A DNA stretch of 52,109 nucleotides from an uncultured Solirubrobacteraceae bacterium (lineage in GTDB: Bacteria; Actinomycetota; Thermoleophilia; Solirubrobacterales; Solirubrobacteraceae). Below, piece after piece: positions 45,338 to 52,109 of the stretch (the first letter of the stretch is position 1; the number at the start of each line of letters is the position of its first letter). The stretch lies in the NCBI GenBank assembly GCA_964588985.1, contig CAZPQW010000012.1, forward strand, positions 46,964 through 99,072, given 5' to 3'. The notes beneath the pieces are model-generated. The model was not told where the DNA came from. It did no database searches and worked only from the letters and a program-made list of their open reading frames with translations. Made by a program: the position numbers and the translations under genes.

Positions 45338-46613
45338 CGCGGGCGGTCAGCTCCTCGACGCTCTCGCGTCTGACGACCACGCGCGCGTCGCCGTCCTTGC
45401 AGAAGATCACCGGCGGGCGCGGCACGCCGTTGTAGTTGTTGGACATCGCGAACCCATACGCCCCGGTGGCGGGGGTCACGATCACGTCGCTCGGAACGGG
45501 GTCGTCGAGCAGCGCCTCGCGCACGATCACATCGCCCGACTCGCAGTGCTTGCCCGCGAGCACGCACGGCGTCGAGCCGCCGAAGCGGTCGACTACGTGG
45601 GCTTCGTAGCGGGCGTTGTAGAGCATCGGGCGCAGGTTGTCGGACATGCCGCCGTCGACCGCCACCCACCGCGAGACGTTCTGCTTGACCGACTCCACTG
45701 TGTAGAGGGTCACGCCGGCGTTCGCGCACAGCGAGCGGCCCGGCTCGATCATCAGCCGCTTCTCGGGACCGTGACCGTTGGCGTGCGCGGCGCGCACGAC
45801 GGTGCTCACGTACTCCTCGATCTCGGGGCCCTCTGGCTGATCGTCGGTGTACTGCACGCCGAGGCCGCCGCCGAGATCCCACACGGGGAAATCGCCCAGC
45901 TTCGCCAGCTCGCGCGCCTCGCGCTCGAACGGCTCTACGCTCAACAGCTGCGAGCCGATGTGCGCGTGCAGCCCGCGCAGGTCGAGGCCCGCGACGGCGT
46001 TGATGCGCGCGACCGCCTCGAATGCGTCGACCATCGAGAAGCCGAACTTCGAGTCGGCCTGGCCGGTGGAGATCTTCTCGTGGGTCTCCCCCTTGACGTC
46101 GGGCGTGACACGCAACAGCACAGGCTGCGGGCCGCGGTCCGCGAACTCGTCCTCGGAGATGAGCTGCGCGAGCCGGGCGATCTCATCGAAGTTGTCGACC
46201 ACGATCGCCCCCACGCGATGGCGCAGCGCCATCCTCAGCTCCACCTCAGACTTGGCGTTGCCGTGCAGCACGATCCGCTCCGGCGCGAAGCCCGCGTTCA
46301 GCGCGAGGTGCAGCTCTCCGGCGGAGGCCGCGTCACACCACAGCCCCTCGTTCGCGAACAGCTCGAGCACCGCGGTGCAGGGGAACGCCTTGGAGGCGAA
46401 CACCACGTGGAAGTCACTGTGACCAGATTCGCGCCCCGCGCGCACGAACGTCTGGGCGCGGGTGCGCAGGTCGTCCTCCGCAACGACGTAGGCGGGGGTG
46501 CCGAACTCCCTCGCGAGCTCGATCGCGTCGCAGCCGCCGATCTCCAGGCGGCCGAGATCGTTCAGCCTGCTGCCGAGAGGGAACGCGCGCGATAGCTGTG
46601 TACCAGTGGACAT
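45327..46613 (-). CDS. lysA: Diaminopimelate decarboxylase
   Basis: FASKAF, HGNAKS, HIGSQ, EPGRS, HCESGD, TGAYG. Confidence 0.96.
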   Translation of the reverse strand: MSTGTQLSRAFPLGSRLNDLGRLEIGGCDAIELAREFGTPAYVVAEDDLRTRAQTFVRAGRESGHSDFHVVFASKAFPCTAVLELFANEGLWCDAASAGELHLALNAGFAPERIVLHGNAKSEVELRMALRHRVGAIVVDNFDEIARLAQLISEDEFADRGPQPVLLRVTPDVKGETHEKISTGQADSKFGFSMVDAFEAVARINAVAGLDLRGLHAHIGSQLLSVEPFEREARELAKLGDFPVWDLGGGLGVQYTDDQPEGPEIEEYVSTVVRAAHANGHGPEKRLMIEPGRSLCANAGVTLYTVESVKQNVSRWVAVDGGMSDNLRPMLYNARYEAHVVDRFGGSTPCVLAGKHCESGDVIVREALLDDPVPSDVIVTPATGAYGFAMSNNYNGVPRPPVIFCKDGDARVVVRRESVEELTARDVR

Positions 46614-46636
46614 CGCCGGTGATTATCGCGTGCCTC

Positions 46637-47410
46637 TCAGGCGCTCGTCGGGCGAAGCGCCGCGACGCCGCCCTGCCGGGCCATCAGCGCCAGCCACGAC
46701 AGGCCGATGAGGAGCAGCCCGAGGCTCTCCAGCTGCGGCGCGGTGAGCCCCGCGAGCACCTCGCTGTTGCGGCGCACGAACTCCACCAGGAACCGCTCCA
46801 GGCCGCTACCCACGAGGTACAGCGCGAACACCACCCCGGGCCGCACGCGGTCGCGCAGACGCCACAGCGCATACGCGAGCAGGCACATCGCGAGCGTCTC
46901 GTAGATCGGCGTCGGCTGGACGCGCACCCCTGGCGGGGTGGGGACCGTGCCATGCGTGTAGCTCATCGCCCAGGGCAGTTTCGAGGGGATGCCGTAGTCG
47001 CCGTCGCCGGAGACCTGGCAGCCGATGCGCCCGATCGCATAGCCAAGCGCCAGCGCGGTCGCGGCCATGTCGAACATCCTCAGTTCCAGCACCTTGCGCC
47101 AGTGCATCCAGCCGATCACGGCGATCGCGCCGCCGATCGCGCCGCCGTACCAGACGAGCCCCGAGCCGGAGAAGATGCTCCCGAGCAGGTCGTGCTTGAC
47201 CTGATCGTAGTTCTCGATGAGGTAGTAGCCGCGCGCGCCGATCACGCCGCCCGCGAGCGCCGCGAAGACGATCTCGTATGACCAGTCGACCGGCCTGCCG
47301 AGCTCGCGCAACCGGCGCGCCACGACTCCGCCGCACGCGAGGAAGCCGAGCGCGAACATCACGCCGAACGTCTTGATCGCGATTCCCAGCAGGTGGATTT
47401 CTGGCTTCAT
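46637..47410 (-). CDS. lgt: Prolipoprotein diacylglyceryl transferase
   Basis: GAR.YY, GLVWYGG, IGRIGC...GDYG, PTPIYE, RFLVEFVR. Confidence 0.9.
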   Translation of the reverse strand: MKPEIHLLGIAIKTFGVMFALGFLACGGVVARRLRELGRPVDWSYEIVFAALAGGVIGARGYYLIENYDQVKHDLLGSIFSGSGLVWYGGAIGGAIAVIGWMHWRKVLELRMFDMAATALALGYAIGRIGCQVSGDGDYGIPSKLPWAMSYTHGTVPTPPGVRVQPTPIYETLAMCLLAYALWRLRDRVRPGVVFALYLVGSGLERFLVEFVRRNSEVLAGLTAPQLESLGLLLIGLSWLALMARQGGVAALRPTSA

Positions 47411-47487
47411 GGCAGGCGCGGGGGGAGCACGGCGATCACCGCGGCACTTTAGGGCACCCGTATCTCTGTCTGCGACAATCAGCGCCG

Positions 47488-48402
47488 ATGGCTTCGCGAC
47501 GCTCGAACTTCGGCAGGGACACCGCGCTGCAGGCGCGGATGCTGTTCACGATGTTCCTGCTCGGCCTGCTGTACGTGGTGTTCGTCGGCGTGCTGTTCGT
47601 CGCCGGAGCAGGAGCCGGCCTGATCGTCGTCGTCGCCGTGGGGCTGCTGCTGGTCCAGCTGTTCACCTCCGACAAACTCGCGATGGCCACGCTCGGCGTG
47701 AAGGAGACCACGCCCGCGCAGGAGCCCGAGCTGCACGGGATCGTCGAGCGGCTGTGCGTGCAGGCGGACCTGCCCAAGCCGCGGGTGTGCGTGATGGAGA
47801 CCTCGATGCCGAACGCGTTCGCGATGGGCCGCTCTAAGAAGTCCACCACCGTGTGCGCGACGCGCGGCATCCTCGACCTGCTCTCCCCCGCCGAGCTCGA
47901 AGGCGTGATGGCCCACGAGCTCACGCACGTGATCAACCGCGACGTGATGGTGATGACGCTCGCGAGCTTCTTCGCCACGCTCGCGTCGATGATCATCCAG
48001 TTCTCGTTCTTCTTCGGTGGCGGGTTCGGCGGCGGCTACGGCCGCGACCAGGAAGAGGAGGAGGCGATGTTCGTGGTCCTGATCGTCTCCGCGATCGTCT
48101 ACGCGATCTCGTTCCTGCTGCTGCGCGCGCTATCCCGCTACCGCGAGTTCGCCGCCGACCGCGGCTCCGCGGTGCTCACCGGGCGTCCGAGCGCCCTGGC
48201 CTCGGCACTGCTTAAGATCAGCGGCACGATGGAGCGGGTGCCCACCCAGGACCTGCGCAAGGCCGAAGCCATGAGCGCGTTCTTCATCGTCCCCGCCCGC
48301 ACGAAGCAGTCCGTGATGAACCTGTTCGCCGACCACCCCCCGCTAGAGCAGCGCCTAGCCGCGCTCGAGCGCCTGGAGTCACAGCTCCAGGGCGCCGCCT
48401 GA
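47488..48402 (+). CDS. htpX: Zinc metalloprotease HtpX (M48)
   Basis: PNAFA, AHELTH, SRYREFAAD, LASALLKI, HPPLEQR. Confidence 0.94.
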   Translation: MASRRSNFGRDTALQARMLFTMFLLGLLYVVFVGVLFVAGAGAGLIVVVAVGLLLVQLFTSDKLAMATLGVKETTPAQEPELHGIVERLCVQADLPKPRVCVMETSMPNAFAMGRSKKSTTVCATRGILDLLSPAELEGVMAHELTHVINRDVMVMTLASFFATLASMIIQFSFFFGGGFGGGYGRDQEEEEAMFVVLIVSAIVYAISFLLLRALSRYREFAADRGSAVLTGRPSALASALLKISGTMERVPTQDLRKAEAMSAFFIVPARTKQSVMNLFADHPPLEQRLAALERLESQLQGAA

Positions 48403-48415
48403 CACTCCGCTCTCC

Positions 48416-49000
48416 GTGGGCCTGCGCGACATCCTCACCGGCCGCCACGAGGTCAAGGGCCCCGCGCCCGACCGCCTGTTCGCGATCTCCACCGCCTACG
48501 TCACCCTCCAGGCCGAGCACCAGATCGAACCCGTCGGCACCGCCGCGATCGTCTTCCAGGCGCTCGCCACGAGCGACTTCGAAACCACGATCAGGGAAAT
48601 GGAAGAAGTCGTCACCGCCACAGGCGGGGAGTCCGGCACGAAGGTCGCAACCCAGGACGACAGCTACGGCTACCGCTGGATGGTGCTGCGCAACCCCGAC
48701 GGCGCGCCCAGCGTCGAAGACCTCGCCGTCGGCATCAACGCGGTCTCCAGTTCGATCGAGACCGCCGGCTTCGGCGAGCGACTGCTGTGCGCTGTGTTCG
48801 CGTTCGTCGACGCGAAGAAGCGGCGCATCTACTTCATCTACAACTACAAGCGCGGGTACTGGTACCCGTTCGTGCCGGAACCAGGAGGGCAGGAGCGCTC
48901 GACCGAGCGTGAGCTGCAGATCAAGGCGCAGATGGCCACCGAACTGCCGATCGAGCCGGAACTCGAGCGCTGGTTCCCGCTCTGGGGGATACCGATCTAA
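48416..49000 (+). CDS. PspA-associated protein PspAB-like
   Basis: DRLFAISTAYVTL, DSYGYRW, GFGERLLCAVF, YNYKRGYWYPF, EPELERWFPLWG; lies directly after htpX. Confidence 0.8.
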   Translation: MGLRDILTGRHEVKGPAPDRLFAISTAYVTLQAEHQIEPVGTAAIVFQALATSDFETTIREMEEVVTATGGESGTKVATQDDSYGYRWMVLRNPDGAPSVEDLAVGINAVSSSIETAGFGERLLCAVFAFVDAKKRRIYFIYNYKRGYWYPFVPEPGGQERSTERELQIKAQMATELPIEPELERWFPLWGIPI

Positions 49001-49004
49001 ACCG

Positions 49005-49472
49005 GTGTTCGTGCTCGCCCTGATCGGAGTGCCCGTCCTCGAGCTGTTCGTGTTCATCGAGGTCGGCCGCGCGATCGGATGGGTGCTTGCGCTGCTGCTG
49101 TTGTTGGCTACGTCCGTGCTGGGGGCTCGGTTGGTGCGGGTGCAGGGGCGGGTTGCGATCGAGCGGGTGTCGCTCGCGGTGTCAGAGCGGCGGGCTCCGG
49201 GTGGGGCTGCTGTGGACGGGGCGCTCGGGTTCCTTGGGAGCGTGTTGCTTGCGGTGCCGGGGTTTGTGACGGATGCGGTGGGGGCTTGGCTGCTGTTGCC
49301 GCCCACGCGGGCGCTTACGCGGCGGTGGATTTCCAGGCGCTATGCCACTCGGGTGGTGGGGTTCGTCTCTACGGCGGGGCGGTTTGCTTCACGGGATCGC
49401 AGGGTGCGGGTGTACCCGGCGGATGTCGAATCGACGGCTGTCGAGGAGGATCTCGATCAGCTTGAGGGGTAA
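49005..49472 (+). CDS. FxsA-family membrane protein
   Basis: PVLELFVFIEVGRAIG...LLAVPGFVTDAVGAWLLLPPTR. GTG start at 49005. Confidence 0.88.
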   Translation: MFVLALIGVPVLELFVFIEVGRAIGWVLALLLLLATSVLGARLVRVQGRVAIERVSLAVSERRAPGGAAVDGALGFLGSVLLAVPGFVTDAVGAWLLLPPTRALTRRWISRRYATRVVGFVSTAGRFASRDRRVRVYPADVESTAVEEDLDQLEG

Positions 49473-49473
49473 A

Positions 49474-49962
49474 TCAGCCGCTGGGCGATACGGCTAGGAG
49501 ATCGAGGGACACGCTGTATTCGATCAAGAGGTCATCCATCTTCGCGAGCACCGATCGCACTTTCGCGGTCGCCTTCGCACCGCGCGCTCTCGGCAGCCAC
49601 ACATGGCAGCGAACCGTATAGCCGGTCAGCGGCGGGCTGTCTCCCAGACTCTCCCCTGGTGCACCGAGATCGACATGCCCGGACGGGAAGGCGCTGCGTA
49701 GGCGATCCGCGACATCCTCTGCCCAGTCCTTGGTAGGAGCAGCAATCACGACATCCGCATACTCGCGGTCGGGGCGCGGAGCAGTCGCCGGCGTGCGGGC
49801 TAGTTCATCCAGCAAGACCGAAGTGGCAGCAGACTGGGCGCGCAGAATCGGGAGCTTGGTGCGCCATTCGAGCGCCCGACCAGCGTGCGCGTCCACCATT
49901 GCCTGCAGTCGCTCCAGAGGGGATTGCTCTGCTTGTGTCGTCATGAAATCGAGTGTAGTCAT
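49474..49962 (-). CDS. Hypothetical protein
   Basis: 162-aa ORF whose ATG overlaps the upstream TGA (ATGA); atypical codon usage. Confidence 0.6.
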   Translation of the reverse strand: MTTLDFMTTQAEQSPLERLQAMVDAHAGRALEWRTKLPILRAQSAATSVLLDELARTPATAPRPDREYADVVIAAPTKDWAEDVADRLRSAFPSGHVDLGAPGESLGDSPPLTGYTVRCHVWLPRARGAKATAKVRSVLAKMDDLLIEYSVSLDLLAVSPSG

Positions 49963-50417
49963 GTCAGCGGCCTCGTCTCGACAGCGTCGACACGGCGATC
50001 GAGCGCGGTGAGCTGCTCCATGGTGATGAGAAGCAATTCGTCGCTTGCTCGCGTGCCTTGCTCCAGCGGTGCGAGTCGGTGCTCGATCTTCTGCTTAAGC
50101 TCTGCAGTCAATCGCTGAATGTCGTTCTGTCGATCGGCTATGGAGTATCCGATCACATTGCCGAACTGGCTCGGCAAATGGCCGAGCGAGGTCATGTACG
50201 CAAAGATCGCCACACCCGACACCACGGCAAGGACCGCGCCTGCCCGCTCAAGGTGGAAGAGCACCGGGAAGCCAAGCGCGACGCCCGGCAGCTTGGCCGA
50301 CGTGCCGTAGAGCACGCTGGCCACAAGACCCGCGACATAAATGCCGGGGACCACGACAAGCCAGCCGCGCCATCGCCGGAGCAGCACGCCGCTAGGCGGC
50401 TCAGATCCTTTTGTCAT
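49959..50417 (-). CDS. Hypothetical membrane protein with a C-terminal coiled coil
   Basis: Two or three hydrophobic segments followed by a heptad-like helix (IQRLTAELKQKIEHRL...LTALDRRVDAVE). Confidence 0.65.
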   Translation of the reverse strand: MTKGSEPPSGVLLRRWRGWLVVVPGIYVAGLVASVLYGTSAKLPGVALGFPVLFHLERAGAVLAVVSGVAIFAYMTSLGHLPSQFGNVIGYSIADRQNDIQRLTAELKQKIEHRLAPLEQGTRASDELLLITMEQLTALDRRVDAVETRPLT

Positions 50418-50543
50418 CAACCTACATTTGCACCGCGCGGAGACGAAACTCAGGCGCGGGGGTTCCGGCGAGATCAAACGCGCCGAGCCGCCAGCGAATT
50501 CTCCCACCTACTGCATCTGCAAGTACGTAGATCATGCGCCTCG

Positions 50544-50816
50544 CTATGGCTCTTCGGGAGAGACAGCAAGTATGTCCACCAGTCCCTTGACTAGCTCGGC
50601 GGTCTCCTCTCGCGTGAGGAAGCCGGTACGTGATGCGAACATCACCGCTTGAGGAACAGCCGAGATTGGCAGCTCACCACCGCGAGCCCGCTTGCCGTTC
50701 TTGTCCGGCCATGCGTACTTCAGTGAGCGATCAGCTCCCCCATGCCACGACGACTTTCCGAGTACCAAAGTGTCAGTCGGCCACGCCTCGACAGCCTCTT
50801 CATACACTGGATCCAT
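50544..50816 (-). CDS. Small hypothetical protein
   Basis: 90 aa from MDPVYEE, with a GAGGAG SD at 50823-50828. Confidence 0.7.
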   Translation of the reverse strand: MDPVYEEAVEAWPTDTLVLGKSSWHGGADRSLKYAWPDKNGKRARGGELPISAVPQAVMFASRTGFLTREETAELVKGLVDILAVSPEEP

Positions 50817-50928
50817 CAATATCTCCTCTCGTAGATCTGAAGTGGCACTTCGTTTCGCCGAGTGCCTACGTTCAGGTGACTTCCAGTTAGGAGCATCGAC
50901 CTTACGCCTTGCAATCATGGCGTAAGGC

Positions 50929-51492
50929 ATGTCTGACTTCCCAATCCACCACCGATACCTTCCGTCGGGCGAGCCAGGAGAGCGATTCGTCAGCTACTAC
51001 CGCCGGTGGAGCGACCTCCGGCTTGCGCCCGAGATCGTGGCGATCACCCCGGAGAAGCTAACCACCCGCCGCTGCTTGCCCTTGGCAGACTGGCTGCAAT
51101 GTGAGAGATCAGCGCCGGAGCGGCTTGAGATGGGAGGTCGCCTCTATCGAAGACTCAAGGAACTCCATCAGAATGGCATGTGCCATCGCGACATGCACGT
51201 CGGCAATGTGGTGCTACTCGACGGCACCCCGCTTCTAATTGATCCGGCTCTGGCGACGGAGAGCGACCCTTCGCGTCCATGCTATGACCTCTATGGGCCC
51301 CAACTATCCGGTGTTGCTGTGCCCGCCGATCACTACGATTACCCGCCAAACCGTGGCGGCGTCTGGTGGGATTGCACCGCCGAGGTTCCGCTTCTGAAGG
51401 ACGCCATCGGTAGCCTCGCTGCTGTGATCGCTGCGCTGGTAAAGCCGTATTCGAGTTCAGCCGTCAGTCCGGAATCAAACCCTCACCGGTGA
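50929..51492 (+). CDS. Protein-kinase-like (PKL) phosphotransferase, short or atypical
   Basis: LHQNGMCHRDMHVGNVVL...LLIDPA: a catalytic loop plus the DFG-equivalent Asp. Confidence 0.7.
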   Translation: MSDFPIHHRYLPSGEPGERFVSYYRRWSDLRLAPEIVAITPEKLTTRRCLPLADWLQCERSAPERLEMGGRLYRRLKELHQNGMCHRDMHVGNVVLLDGTPLLIDPALATESDPSRPCYDLYGPQLSGVAVPADHYDYPPNRGGVWWDCTAEVPLLKDAIGSLAAVIAALVKPYSSSAVSPESNPHR

Positions 51493-51742
51493 ATTCGCTC
51501 CCAGCCTCAGCAAACGTGACGTCCGCCGGCGGCAGGATCACGTCTGAGCTGTCCAGCTCGTCATCCCCCACCAGCTCGCCGTTGGCGCGCACGTAGTCGA
51601 GCATCGCGGCGAACGCGGGGGCGAACCCATCCTCGTTGCCGGACTCGACCGCAGCAACAACCGCGTGCTCGAGCTCATTGAGCTGCCCGGCGTCGTCGTC
51701 CGCGAGCCGGTACTGGTCCTCACCGGAGATGCGGACGATCAT
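51464..51742 (-). CDS. PspA-associated protein PspAA-like
   Basis: MIVRISGEDQYRL...LNELE...SDVILPPAD...GEGLIPD; ATGA-coupled to pspA. Confidence 0.85.
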   Translation of the reverse strand: MIVRISGEDQYRLADDDAGQLNELEHAVVAAVESGNEDGFAPAFAAMLDYVRANGELVGDDELDSSDVILPPADVTFAEAGSEFTGEGLIPD

Positions 51743-52109
51743 GACTGGCCGTCCCCGCTCGCGGGAGCGGACTCGCCGGAGGCGATCTGCGGGGCGGCCG
51801 GAGCCGCTGCGCCCTGGCCGAGCTCGGCCTTCATCTTCGCCAGCTCGTCATCGACCGCGGGCTGACTGGAGAGCTCCTTGAGCTGGCGGTCGATGTCGTC
51901 TTCGCCGCCGCCAAGCTGGGTGATGTCGTCGAACGTGCCCGCCGCTTCGAGCTCCTGCACCGCGTCGGCGCGGGCGCGCATGTTCTCGGTCTTGTCGACC
52001 GCGCGCTGCATCGCGAGGCCCACGTCCGCCATCTGCTCGCCCACTCCGGTCGCGGCCTCGGAGATCCGCACCTGGGCCTCCGCGGCGGAGTACTGCGCCT
52101 TGATGACCT
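51739..52109 (-). CDS. pspA: PspA/IM30 family protein, C-terminal part (5' end outside window)
   Basis: VIKAQYSAAEAQVRISEA...AMQRAVDKTENMRARADAVQEL...VDDELAKMKAEL. Confidence 0.9.
   Translation of the reverse strand, partial: VIKAQYSAAEAQVRISEAATGVGEQMADVGLAMQRAVDKTENMRARADAVQELEAAGTFDDITQLGGGEDDIDRQLKELSSQPAVDDELAKMKAELGQGAAAPAAPQIASGESAPASGDGQS

Noticed and set aside
42191-47410. lgt-lysA-hom-thrC-thrB cluster as a novelty
   Set aside because: An ordinary actinobacterial aspartate-pathway arrangement; no riboswitch or attenuator seen.
49474-51492. Prophage, IS or integron as the origin of the cassette
   Set aside because: No integrase or transposase, att-like direct repeats, terminal inverted repeats or attC sites were visible.

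Overview
A high-GC actinobacterial chromosomal segment. Gene content and protein styles suggest Thermoleophilia/Solirubrobacterales (inference, no database search). Most of the window is housekeeping: solo sufB, ispH, WS/DGAT, DUF59/SufT, FMO, gltBD, addAB, topB, a yrbE/MlaE pair with a divergent GntR, MarP protease, a PBP, FHA and ParA proteins, lgt-lysA-hom-thrC-thrB, htpX-pspAB-fxsA and pspA-pspAA. Accessory patches are: a large IPT/TIG-repeat surface protein with a 1251-bp super-repeat (cut by the left edge); an HNH gene beside an internally deleted PIN toxin remnant; a TPR membrane protein; a probable aG/PT-PPlase clade-3 (DNA base-modification family) homolog; an FN3-like secreted protein with a basic Cys-containing tail; and a four-gene cassette between two convergent halves of a PSP locus. 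I saw no tRNA, rRNA, CRISPR array, integrase or transposase. The best leads are the cassette in the split psp locus, the strand-asymmetric codon footprint flanking it, the aG/PT-PPlase3-like gene, the C-terminal tail motif and several structured leaders. None is proven novel from sequence alone.
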